This document shows positions 25,725 to 38,700 of a DNA stretch of 60,624 nt, piece after piece (the first letter of the stretch is position 1; each line of letters starts with the position of its first letter). This stretch comes from Girardia tigrina (taxonomy: Eukaryota). Location of the stretch: the NCBI GenBank assembly GCA_001938485.1, contig MQRK01169544.1, positions 3,653 to 64,276 on the forward strand, written 5' to 3'. The notes below the pieces were generated by a model, which saw only the letters and a list, made by a program, of their open reading frames with translations, was not told where the DNA came from and did not search any database. A program made the translations under genes and the position numbers.

Positions 25725-28153
25725 ATTGGATGAATCACTTTGGAAATTTAAGCTTTGTTTTGTAACTATCCTTTCATGATATACCGAAATATTTCTAGAA
25801 ATAGTGAAATAAGTCTTATAATTCACCTTATGAGGAGTTAGTTAAAATTTTCAATTAGCCAAATGATTTAAGATTTTTTAAATTTTAAAAAAATGAATAA
25901 ATTTTTGTATTGAATTGTGATCTTGCAGATAATGAAAATGGCATAAACGCTACTAACACACCTTATCTCTGTTTCTTCAATTTTTATGTGATCAAAAATA
26001 GATCTACTTATTTTCGATTGAATGTGCTCAGTTATTCTGGTGCAGATATGATAATTTGCAAACTATAAATTTAATTTTAAACTAGTAAAGTCAGGATAAA
26101 GTTACCTTTAATTCAAAATATCTTCATAATATTGTAATAAAGATTCCTTCCCAAAGAAAGTAAAAAATAGTACACATTATTTCTGTGTCAATAGTTTTGT
26201 CTGGATGTTTTTTCTTCAGAATTTTCTTCAAATTTAAAACATCGTTTGTATTTATACTAATGTAAATGATCAATAATGATCTTCTGTTTACTAAAACCGA
26301 AAACCAGTAACATATTTTTAAATTTGTTAAGTGACTTTACTTAATCAAATTTTAATTTTTAATTTTTAATTTCTAATTTTAATTTTTTTTATATTTTATA
26401 TTTTATTTTTAACATTGTCAATAATTGTTCTTATAATTAAATTCTTATTTATTTTATATTTTATATTTTATATTTTTTATTTTATATTTTAAATTTTATT
26501 TTATTTTTTACAATTACATTTGATTATAAAAATTTCAAAAGAATAAAAACCAAAAGAATTAAAACCATGAATTACATAAATTTTGTTTTCGTATTCTTAA
26601 TTTTGCAATATTTTTTCATTATTTTTTCACCCGTGAAGATTATTTTAACCTGTCGTTCATCACAGAAAAGAATGGAAAAATTTATAAACCTAAAATGATC
26701 TAAGCCTCCCAGATTAAGAAGATTATTTTTTTCCCGATTGATAGTTATATTTTCCCAACGGGAAAAGTAAAATTATACATAAATTTCCCTAAAGGGATAA
26801 AATGTTTTGTACATTTCAATCAGATTGTATGGATTCTCTAAATGGGATTTAGAAATTATCAATTCACTTAGAAATTTTTTTTCTCGTAGCCATATGTAAT
26901 CGAATTCAATATCACATAGTTCATCTCAGAAAAGCGAAGATATATCATAATAAATTTAACAGCATACAGAGGGTTAACAAAATAATGAAAACACCAAAGA
27001 ATCAAAAAAATATATTTTAATAAAATATTGATCTACCTTTTGCGAGAATTAAAGCCTCAAATCTTCGTGGAACGGACTATATCAAATTATGAATTGTTTA
27101 CAAAGGAATTTTAATCTGATCTTCTATTAAAACATCCACTTCTTTTAGAGTCGATGGCTGCTGAAATGAAGTTTTTACTTAAATCTCTAAAATCGACAAT
27201 AAAGGCTAAATAATATTAAAGTCCGGGCATTGTGTGGCCTAATAGGGTTCTCATCTTCATTAGAATATTCCTTGTGCAGTTTTTTAACAATTCTAGCTGC
27301 ATAGATTGGTGTATGTTATCTTGAAAGATGGAGTTCGCATCCAGAAATAGTACTGAACTCTGGTCGCCAAAAATTCATTGAGTCTAAAGTGTTAATTTTT
27401 TTCCATTCTTTTTTGAAAGCTTTTACTCAATCAATTTTCTTCAAACTTGGTACACTTACTGATACTTGATGACAATAAATGATTGTGGTTAAATTTGATC
27501 GAAAAAAACTTTTTAAGGTCCCAAAATGGGAAAAATGGAATATTAAGAAAATTAAATGGGTTTTCTTTACATTTATTTATATCACAATTTGAATTGTCAC
27601 TAGAATAATTCTCCGTAAAACTTGCGTAGCTCGTCATTGTTCTTGATTGATAATCTTTAATAATACAGGTATATATATTTGCTAAGTTTTTTAATAAAAT
27701 GCTAAGTAATTAATTTTTTTAAATTTTTTAATTATTTTTTAGCATTTAAAAAAATTTAAAAAAATTAAAAAAAACTATTATTATTCAAACAAATTTAAAT
27801 TACTATTTAATTATTACAAAAATAATTTATACTTTAAATTTAAAATAATTTTTATTTATTTTAAGAAAATATTATTAAAATATTATTTATGAAATATTAG
27901 TTTAATTTTAAAGTGATTATTTAAATTTTAATAATTGATTGAATAACCCGACGTTTTAAAATATTTAAGATAGCAATCTTCCATCTGGGTGGGAGAAACA
28001 CAATCCTAAAAGATCAACACACAAATAAACACCATTCAAAAATATTCCTCACGGAAAATTTGGAGTTCCAGAACAATATTAATTAAAAATGATCTACTTA
28101 TAAATTGAAAGTAGTTTATATTAACTTTTATTGTGTTTTAAAATTTTTTTTAA

Positions 28154-28234
28154 CACGTTGACGGACAGTTGCGTCTATAGCCGTCATTAAAATGTAAAAT
28201 ATATGTATTAATGTTTCTACTGTCCGTCAACGTG
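28154..28234. mobile_element. 81-bp piggyBac-type MITE
   Basis: TTAA-cacgttgacggacagt ... actgtccgtcaacgtg-TTAA, a perfect 16-bp TIR. Confidence 0.88.
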
Positions 28235-28241
28235 TTAATTA

Positions 28242-28425
28242 CCGTATTTTCCGGTAGATAACGCGCACCGTTGTCTATACAAAAATGTTAAATTTTGTCA
28301 AAATATGAACTGTAAATCCTGTATTGGTGATAAAGATGTATACCTTTTTATATATAAAAAGGGATGCCAAAAAGTACGAGCTGCTCTTTATACAATAGGT
28401 ACGCGTTATCTACAGGAAAATATGG
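28242..28425. mobile_element. Tc2/pogo-type MITE (second copy at 55085-55284)
   Basis: TA-ccgtattttccggtagataacgcg ... cgcgttatctacaggaaaatatgg-TA. Confidence 0.85.
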
Positions 28426-29238
28426 TAAAACTTTGTTGGCAAGGAAGAGTTCTGTAGCACAAAGAATGGTTATAAAAAATTTAATTTTTTGATTTACTAG
28501 TTATGCAGGAAAAAAAAATCGACCCACATTCGAAATCGACCCAGAACCCCAAAATATGTTTTATGATTTGGAAAAAGTATTTTAAAATAAAATACTTCTT
28601 TCAGCTGCCTCAACTCGACCTGAGGTCAAAAATAATGTAAAAGATGCATTGTTACAGAATATTCAATTTTTCCCTTCTCAACGGACAAATTCTGAAGTCG
28701 CCTTCCCAACTCTAAATGCTTTGAAACATTTTTCTTTGAGATCAGATCTTTTCAATTTGTAATTCTTCCATGGAATCCAGACAGTTTTTGTAGATACTGG
28801 GTTCTGTAGGCGTTCATTGAGCTCTGAAGTGATTTTAGGAGGCGCAATCATACAATCATTTATAACAATTCGATTTAGATTCCGAATGTTTGTCTCAAAC
28901 AACTTTCACCAGACACATGACAAAGCTTTGCACCTCAGTTAAGAAATCAATATTTATTGAATCTCAGTGAAAAAAATGAATGTTAAATGGGGGACTTAAG
29001 ACTACAAATTAGAAGAAAAAGCTGACGATGTATCTCAACTTTAGATTTTTTATAAATGAGAAATGTAAATATAATAATGATAGATGGTACTTTTATGATA
29101 AATGATACAATTTGTTTTTCTTTATTATTTTTGTATTTAACATAGAAGAATCTTCAATGATTCACAAAGGATTTAAAATCCGTTTGAATAGCAAGATCAG
29201 CTGAAAAGAATTTCTAACTGATGTTTAAATAAAATGTC

Positions 29239-29673
29239 TTGATTTTGAGTTATTTGAACTTGTCTTCTCAGCCCTTACTGTACCAACAAAAATTGAATAA
29301 AATGTTTTGGAAATTAAAAAATGATAAATATTTTAGAAAGATTTTAATAATGATTATTATAAAGATAGAAATAAAACCAATTAGAACGATGTCAAACCGA
29401 GAACGATCTTCCAAGATTTGTGATGACTCTAAATTGGATATTAATAAATTTTCTAATAATAATTCTATCAATGCTCTTAACAGTAGCTCTGCTAGTCTCA
29501 AAGCTGAACACAGAGAAAATTTAAAAGAAATATTAAGAAGCTGTAGAAACGATAACATGATACACCTATATGGCAAATCTCTTATTTATGTAGAATTAGT
29601 TGACGAAAGAAGAAAGAGAAAAGAAGAGATTAAAGAAATTTGGGCTGCGGCTGGAACGAAAATTAATAAATGA
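29239..29673 (+). CDS. Unassigned ORF or exon (144 aa)
   Basis: Long open frame with protein-like composition in its 3' two-thirds. No recognisable domain. Confidence 0.3.
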   Translation: MILSYLNLSSQPLLYQQKLNKMFWKLKNDKYFRKILIMIIIKIEIKPIRTMSNRERSSKICDDSKLDINKFSNNNSINALNSSSASLKAEHRENLKEILRSCRNDNMIHLYGKSLIYVELVDERRKRKEEIKEIWAAAGTKINK

Positions 29674-29799
29674 CTAACCAACTATACAGACATTGAAAAA
29701 AATCCCAAAAAGAGCAAAGGTCTTTGAAAAAGACATTGAATTATAATGTTTGATTATTGATTTAATAACAAAAGTCATCCATTAACAAATATATTCCAA

Positions 29800-29838
29800 G
29801 ACAATATATTTCGGCGAATCAACCATCATCTTCAGGTT
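29800..29838 (-). ncRNA. Minimal hammerhead ribozyme (same family as 18838)
   Basis: AAC-CTGAAGA-T-GATGG-ttgat-TCGCC-GAAA-TATAT-T-GTC. Confidence 0.6.
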
Positions 29839-30045
29839 ACTGATTAATAATTTAATTCACCTGTATATAAATACAAAAATAATGATTGCGTAATTGATTC
29901 CATGAAATCATGCTAATCACAAATTCTCAATAAGCTGATTAAGACTTTCGATCAAACATTGATTTTAGGGAAATATGCCCTAATTAACAATGTTTCACAC
30001 GACACTCTCTCCTAATAACTGTCAAAATGCTTACATCGAACATGA
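29800..30045 (-). mobile_element. Penelope-like 3' end / pLTR remnant
   Basis: Homologous to 18670-18960 and carries the hammerhead. Confidence 0.6.
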
Positions 30046-30049
30046 AAAT

Positions 30050-30620
30050 TATAAATATTAATATTACATTGGTTCTACTATTACAGAGAATGGAGAAACG
30101 GAACAAGAAATCAAAAATCGGATTGGTGTATCAACAAGCGCAATGACTATGCTTAGCACATTTTTGAACATCAAAGAAATCAATCTGAAGAGCAGAATAA
30201 AAATCACTAAGGCTATAGTCTAGCAGCAGTTTTCCATTGATGCGAGAGTTGGAAATTAAATCCGAGGAGCATGGATATACTTAAAGCATTTGAAATGAAA
30301 TTCTACAAGAGAATGCTGAAGATTACGCGGAAAGAAAAGAAGGCCAACGACTTTGTCTGGAAGAGAGTGAAGAGAATGGAGGAACGGATAATAGGTAAAA
30401 GACGGGTATCAATAGAAGAGATCATCAAGAGTAGGAAGTTAAATTCTTCGGACATCAGAAAAGAAAACAAGCACTAGCAAAAGTTATTATTGAAGGAAGA
30501 GTGGAAGGAGAAAGATTAAGACGATTTAAAGGAATGGAGTAGATGGAACATGGAAGGTCTGAGAAGACAGGCTACAAAAAGAGAAATTTGTATAATTGGG
30601 TGTACTCACAACCCAACGGT
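30050..30620 (+). mobile_element. RTE-clade LINE 3' fragment
   Basis: YIGSTITENGETEQEIKNRIG, CESW, AFEMKFYKRMLKI and IIEGRVEG motifs. Confidence 0.8.
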
Positions 30621-30967
30621 TAAGGTCCCAAAAAACAAGAAAAGTATCACATTTACATTTTTTCGCATGTTCCACAATATTGCTTTTTTTACTCTTTTTT
30701 CAATTATCTTCTTGAAGTCATTTACGGAGAGGACGGGCAGTCTCTTCAATGTATGTGGCATAGTACTCAATACATTTATATTCATAAACAATATCAGAAC
30801 AAAGTGTTAAAGGTGTACTAGATTTATTTCTGAACATATTTTGAATTTTATGAGATCACGATATAATTTTTAAATTTAATTCATTGTAAGCTGCTTTTAA
30901 CTATGCATTTTTAAAGTTTTTTAAATTCTTCCGAATAAGATGCAATTAAGTAATATTTAGGTATATT

Positions 30968-31370
30968 ACTAACGGATAACATGAAATAGTAGGACACCTA
31001 CTATTTTAATAGTAGGTGGAAAAAAAATTGAAAAGCCGCCCAATATTGGTTTACACCTACTATTTGGTGCTTTTGTTTTGANNNNNNNNNNNNNNNNNNN
31101 NNNNNNNNNNNNNNNNNNNNNNNNNNNNNNNNNNNNNNNNNNNNNNNNNNNNNNNNNNNNNNNNNNNNNNNNNNNNNNNNNNNNNNNNNNNNNNNNNNNN
31201 NNNNNNNNNNNNNNNNNNNNNNNNNNNNNNNNNNNNNNNNNNNNNNNNNAAAAACGATACACCTACTATTTGATTCCACCTACTATTTTAATAGTAGGCG
31301 GAAAATTTTTTGAAAACTTCATTACACCTACTATTTCATGTCCACCTACTATTTGATGTTATCCGTTAGT
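30968..31370. mobile_element. MITE with internal cacctactattt repeats (spans an N gap)
   Basis: TIR actaacggataacat / atgttatccgttagt, with the repeat unit in both orientations. Confidence 0.8.
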
Positions 31371-32570
31371 GTACCTTCGGTTTATTTCTTAGAACCATCA
31401 GAAAAAGCAAAACTCTGATTTTTCAAACCATCTTTCGAAAAAAAATCTTATCACTTTTTCTTTTATTAATTTTTTAAGAAAATATTTAGAAAAACAATTC
31501 TGATTTCACAAGGAACTTAGTTTATTAACACTTTTTACAGTTTTAAGAAAAGCTCAAGACAACGATGTCATTTTTATTTCGCTCAACAAGTTTCATAAGC
31601 AAAAAGATTCTGCTATGACAAACAAGTGTACTTCATTCTTAGAAATAATCAAAAATAAAAGATTATGTTTAGAATTTGAACATAATTTAAGTTTTATCTT
31701 GAACTTCATGGACATCAAATACTTGTTGTAGCCTCGCTAGCGTCAATGCTTCATGAAAAGAGCTAACTGAAAACGTGTTTCAGTGAACTCCTTTAAAGTA
31801 AAAGAATAAAGGTAAATATGTATAAAACTTGTATTTTTATACAATATAAATAAACATATATAACAAAAAAAATCACATACGAGAGAGAGAGAACGGCACA
31901 GATAAATCTCGATTTCGCTTTGTGTTTGTTGTTCAAAGGTTACAAGGAATGATCTTCTGTTGTAACGATATCGATGGAAACGTCAGAGAATCATTCGGTT
32001 GCACAACGAGATTTTGAGAAAATAGATCACATGAAGAGGAGCACTTTCAGGTGGAATATTGATAAATTGGCTGGCAGAAAATTCCTTTACGAACCGATTT
32101 TACAAGAAAACGCCCCGCAGGCAATATAGTATAATTGTAAACAGTAATATTAATGATTGTTTTTATCGATTGTTTTTATATATATAATTTTTATATACAT
32201 ATAATTTTATATATAATTTACTATATATAATTTATATATAATAATTGACTGGGTCACCACACTTCATAAATAGATAATATATAAATGAAAAATTAATATA
32301 TCCCGCCTAAAATAAAAATGGAGAAAAGTATATCATCAAGTGAATGATGAAAATATAAATTAATGAAAATTATTTTAACTGTCATTTTTATTTATTTTTT
32401 TGCTTTTCATTTTGATTTTTATATTTTCTGTCAATATATAACAAACGAAAAGAGGTTGTCGCCAGAGAAGCGATGTAAGACATACGTCAATTTGTCTCTT
32501 TTAATTGACATTTTAATGAGTATAAATTAATGAGATAAAAATATAATGCATTTAATTTAGAAGCGAAATA

Positions 32571-35500
32571 ATGGTTTTCCTTTTATGGGTTGTTTTTTGT
32601 CTTTTGCCTACAATTAGAGCAGGTAAATTGAAGATAATTTGAATTGATCTTCGCTTTTGTCTAAATACTCTATCAAGACAAACTAAAAATAAAAAATAGG
32701 AATAATACATTTACAAAATATTAAATAATATTATATATTTAGGTTGCACTAAAGAAAGATATTATTTTCAATCCCCTGGGTTGATAAAGTCTCATGAAGA
32801 ATATGGAAAGAGTGTCTATGATAATAACCTTTATTGTGAATATTTTATAGTAGCACCTCCCGAAAATAATGTTCTTATAGTCATCAAGAAGATGGATCTC
32901 GAGAAAACTAACGAGTAAGCAGTTTTTTAGCAATAAAAATCTTTAACAGAACGTCAAACAGGTGCATGTTTGATTATATTGAGGTTAGAGACATTCAAGG
33001 TAGAAACGTTGCCAGATTTTGTAACCAGTTCAGTCCAAAAAAATTTCTCGTTTATAATAATGAAGTCGTTATCAAATTTGTCACGGATCGCAGTATTCAG
33101 GGTAAAGGAGTCTTGATGGAATATATGTTTTTGTCGAAAATAAATCATGAAAGAGAACATTGTGGAATATCTCCTATAAAATCTTCAGAACATGAGAACC
33201 CTCATTCGATAATGCGAAGAATAATTGGAGGGAGATCCTCAATTAATGGGAAGTGGCCGTGGCTGGTTTCATTGAAATATACTAATGAACACAAATGTGG
33301 TGGAAGCTTTATTTCGCCCAACTGGATCATTTCAGCAGCCCACTGCTTTGAGAAGTATATTATTATAGTATAAGATCATATGAACGACTAAAATTGACTA
33401 ATTTATAAACTTTTGATAGCATTGAAAATTAATTAATTAATAATATTTCTTTTAGATTTAATATTGTTGAATATTGGACAGTTTCAGCATCTCAATTCGA
33501 TTTATTGTCCCAAGATTCAAAAGAAAACACTTATAAAGTCTCTAAAATTATTATTAATCCTTCTTTTCATTCTCGGAGAACATTCGATCATGATATTGCA
33601 CTGATTAAAGTGGAAAGTAATAACGAAATGTCAAACAAAATCGTTCCAATTTGTCTTCCAAATGGAGAGTTTCATACTGAAGAGGAATGCATTACTGCCG
33701 GATGGGGAGAGAATGGAGGTTGTATTGAACCATTGAATTTGAATTTATGTTGAAAATAATGTTAAAAAGTTAAATATTTTTTGTTTGTAGAAAAGTTGAG
33801 GTTCTCAAATCCTGTTTTTTATCACTTCTCTTTCAACTTCATTTCCTTTTAATCAAATAACCTTTTAATAATTACATCTTCATTTTCTTATTCTTAACGA
33901 AAATTGTTGTCATTATTCGAATGTCTATAAAATTCAATCTTTTTTTGTTAATGGCATTAAGATTATTATTCAAGCATTTATTGAAAAATTTTTTATTTTA
34001 ATAAATCTAATTTTTTAATAGTTATTATATTTCCACAATAAAAATGATTAGAATTTATTTTTAATTATATATAATTTAATTTAACAATGTTTCTTAAAAA
34101 TTTATTTCTTAAACAAAAAGGGTGCATTTTATTCATTCTTGTTATATTAAAATTCATTGTAACTGTAAAAGAGAGTATGTTTCGATTAGCTCTTTTAACG
34201 AAATATTTAAAAAAAATATATAAAAAAATTTTAATTTAACAATATATATATATATATATATATATATGTTGGTTTCTTGATCGAGATTAAGATTAATTAA
34301 CACCAAAATTTTATTTCTAACACAAATAACAATTATTCAAACAATTTTTGTCGAGGAACTTTTCTTCGTTTTCTTTTTGACCAGGTTTTTATATAAACAT
34401 ATGGAATTATAAATAATGATAAGGTATTTTAATGTTGAAAATTTTTTTTATTTTCTTTATTTTGAAAATTTACATTCCACTATTTTATGCAACTTAATTT
34501 AAATTAAAACCAACATAATTTATTGTAGTTATATTTTTACCAAATTAACCAAAATGATTTTTTATTATTTTAGAATTAGTTTAATGTTATTTTCTTTTAT
34601 TTGTGAAAACGTTTTTAATTAATAAAAGATTTTAAGGTTCTATTTATTATCAATATTTCAGTTTAAAAGCCTTTTTATTACCTACAATAATTTAAAATAC
34701 AAAAATATACAATTTTAAATACAGTTTGTTTTAAATAAAATTTAAAAGCATTTTTTACCTACAATTATTTTATATATAATACAACTTTTAAATACAAAAA
34801 ATAATTTACAGTATTCAAATTTTTTTTATTACTACGATATCATTAATGATTATTAACAACATCACAATTTGAATGTAAACATTTATTGACAACACAAACA
34901 GATTCTTCACAACAATTTTCAGAGGTCATCTTTCTTTGATTAATATAGTTTTTGTTTATGTATTCAAATCTAAGAAACAATGAATGGGAAAGTTTTTAAT
35001 ATAAATTTTTAATTTCTTTAATTTTATTAGATAAAATGCATTACGTAATATTTTAAATGAACTTTAATTTTTAAAATATATTAAATTTTAAAATTACTAA
35101 GTTAAAATCGTTTATTAAAAATATTATTAAAATTTATAATTATAAAACTTTAATTAATTAGTACTTAAAATTAATATCATTAGATTCAAATAATCAATCA
35201 ATAAACATATCAATTATAATGCATATAATTTTTGTCATAAGTAATGTTTCCGCTGATACAACGGTCATCATGCGATCATCATCTGAGTAGGAGAGTCACA
35301 AATCAAAACAGCATACAAACAACAAACTTACAACATTCCAAATTATCCCTCACAATGATAAAAGTTTTAATTTTTTTACGGAAACTGTTTAGAATTAGAA
35401 GTATTTGTCAAATCTTTAATTTGTAGAATTTTAAACTGACTTTAAAATTTAAAATTATCTGTTTTTTTTTAATTTACATCTCTGGCAGCAAAGTTAATTA

Positions 35501-35725
35501 TTTTATTTTTTTAGAATAACTTTAAAATTAGTACAAACATAATTATCCTTGTCTTTATATATTTCTTTTAAATCCATTATTTCCCAATTAATTGCATTTG
35601 AAATTTTTACTATACAATTAAAATTCGATTATTTCTGAAAATATTTTTTAAAATTAATTAAGATATAAATAATAAATTAAATAAATTAATTTAATAAATT
35701 TACGTAGAATAAACATCTAAAGATG

Positions 35726-35763
<38 letters not shown>

Positions 35764-38700
35764 AATCAATTCATTTGTAATGCATTAAACATTGTTAAAA
35801 CCTTTGCTTTATATTTACTGTCATACGGCGTAATATATTAAATTTTTCTTCTTGCGGCTGTTAAAATTCTGATATTTTTGATTTGCGGCTCCCGTCGAGA
35901 AATGTCATGCCACTCCTGGGCTAGATTATAATAAAAGAAATCACATTCAAAATCCCGATAATTTGAATTTTTATTCCAGTAGTTATTGTCGATATAATTG
36001 CAATTGGAATTCTTGATCAAAGATTGCTGTTGTTGAGTTTTTGTTGATGGTTTTATCATTCCATGGCACTGATTTTAGATTGGCGCAATTTGTGAATTAA
36101 GTGATACTCTTCGTTATTAATTAGAAGGACATAAATTTCATTTATATCAAACCAAGCAAAATCCAATCAATATATATTAATAAGTGACTGCAGGTCTCTA
36201 CAGCAGAAGTATATCTTCAAGGACAAAATAGCAAGGAAAGTTCTTAATTATTTGGGTAAACAAAAAGTTTTTTCCAATTTTGTAAAAAAAATTAAATATA
36301 ATTTTACAAAAACTAAAAAACAATCAATATTCAAAGTAAAGGCCAATTGAATCCATGGCGCTAATTCACCTATCAGGAAGTTGGTCGATCCCTCTACAGC
36401 ACCATTTTTTGTTTTAGAGGTAAAAAGCGTCCATCACCCATTTTCGACCACACCCAGATTTTTGAATTTGCAGCCACTAAAACAGTACGCTATGGACCCG
36501 AGTTTGAAAAACATCAAGATTTTTTATCTTCTCTTAGATTAGTCTGATGTTGTGTAGGTTTTCGTTGTCTTAATGCAAAAGAGTGCGGTTATTGTTTATC
36601 AAAGCGGAGTATTTTCTGCCAAACGCTGCATACATCCGTTGAAGTTGACACAATTGTTTAACCATTTGGAAGTAGCTTGAAGTAAATTACTCCCTCGAAA
36701 TTCCCCCAAATGCATAAAAATGTCTTCCTTGAGAATCGATCATGTTTTTCTATCGTTGCCACCATCTTTTTGGGGTCAACCATTGTTTTTGTTTGTCTGG
36801 GTTATTATAATGCATATAATTTTTGTCATAAGTAATGTTTCCTCCGATACAACGGTCATTATGCGGATTTGTAGCAAATTTTGGCATATCTCCATACATT
36901 TTTGGCTTGAATTTTAGTCAATTCATTAAGTATCTTTTAATAGAGTATATTGTCTTTTTAAAAATTGTGAAGATGCCGTACAATTAATGTTTAAGAAATA
37001 TTGATTTTGGAGAATAATTTATGAGTACTCGTAGAAGGATTAGTTTCAATAGATTCATGGATAGCTTCAAAATTCACTGTAAAAGGTCGGCCTAAATTCG
37101 AATTATCTCTGAAGCCAGTGTCGTCGATGTAGAACTTTTCAACGAATTTCACGGACTTTTATCCGAGGGGATATTGTTACCTTCAACTTCGTATATTTTC
37201 TTTGTTGCTGCCGCTGCATGGAAGTTTCATTTCTAATAATGACATAAAAGGACTTAGAAATATGAATTTCTAATTTATTAATTATTCGAGTGACCATATT
37301 AGAATTATATTAATTTGTTAAAAAGTTTTCTACTCTTACTTCCCTCTAATAAAATAATAATAAATAATCATAATTTAGAATAGAAATTGTTAAAGGTTGA
37401 GAACCATTGTATGAGATTGCCCTTTATAGGAAACAATTTTGATAAAACTTTTTATTTAATTTATAATTGAATAAAAATTAAATATGAAAGTTTTCTTTAA
37501 TTTTCTTCATTTCTTTTACTTTGACATGACTTTTTATCTTTTCTGTTTATTTTCTGCATTCGTTGTTGTCTATTAATTCTCAACCCTAATTTATCGCCAC
37601 AGGAAACAATTTTATATGAAAATGAGGAATAAAACTTTTTCTCTAATAAAAGAAATTTTCATTTCTTTGACTTTAGGTTTCATGTTTTTTTGATATAAAA
37701 TAAAATTATTTCTTTTCATTAATTATAATTAATATTAAGAGAAAAAACAAATCATTTATGCTAGTTGGAAAAATTAATCAAAATATAAATGTAAATCTAT
37801 GGAGAATGTATATCTTGAAATATCGACCCTGAAAAGTAAAATTTGGCATGATACTTCCAAAAGAATGTTTTTTTATCCTTTAAATTAATAAAAATTATAA
37901 TATTACTAAACTTTATTAAAATTTATCAAAGTTTCTGAAATCTGTGTTCATTACCATATTAGCAAGTCTTCTGGCTTCTTAAGGTTCATGAGTCTGCCAA
38001 GTTCCATACCCTTGACTCTAATTGTTATAGTTCAGCATCGTTACCATGGGACTCCGATCGGAGACAGAAACTTGTTCTTGTCATGGAATTATCGTCTGAT
38101 ATTATTCATTTAATCTAATTTTTTTATTCATAAGTCATAGAGATGTAGAAATAATCAATTAATTTAAGATTGACCAAAGGTGATGCTACTGTTCCAGATC
38201 AAAAATTATTTAAATTAAAAATAAAAAAAGAACTTTTGAAATTGGAATTTTTAATTCCAATTTCAATGCATTACATATGCACATATACATTTAACAAAAA
38301 GAAAGAAAAAAAGTAATTATTATTACAGAGAACACTCTTTCAAATTATTTTATTATTTAATTTGAAAGAAAATTATTATATGTTCTTTGATAAAAAAAAG
38401 AAGTTTTGTATTTTGAAAGAAAACTTTATAAAAGAAAAAAGTTTATATTAATCTTTTAATAATTATGTTTGTTTCTATATGTTATATATATATATATATA
38501 TATATNNNNNNNNNNNNNNNNNNNNNNNNNNNNNNNNNNNNNNNNNNNNNNNNNNATATATATATATATATATATAAAGCTTTATGTCTAAAAAAGTAGA
38601 TGAAAATGTTGATGAGCTAAGTTTTTTAAGCGAAAACAGTATTAATTCAGAAGGTATCATATAATTGAAGTAAATGAAGAAAATCGATTAAGTTCTATTA

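Larger units (their letters stand above)
27030..28960 (-). mobile_element. Tc1-like remnant split by nested insertions
   Basis: HTH part RNLNRIV...PKITSELNERLQNPVSTKTV at 28680-28900; catalytic IFQDN part at 27030-27400. Confidence 0.65.

Noticed and set aside
29239-29673. ORF as the GABA receptor M3-M4 loop
   Set aside because: The receptor already terminates at 21430 with a complete M4 exon.
37954-38097. Alternative genetic code (stops read as Gln or Trp) to rescue interrupted frames
   Set aside because: All three host genes translate cleanly in the standard code, and the two complete 3' ends stop at TGA and TAA; pseudogene decay is simpler.
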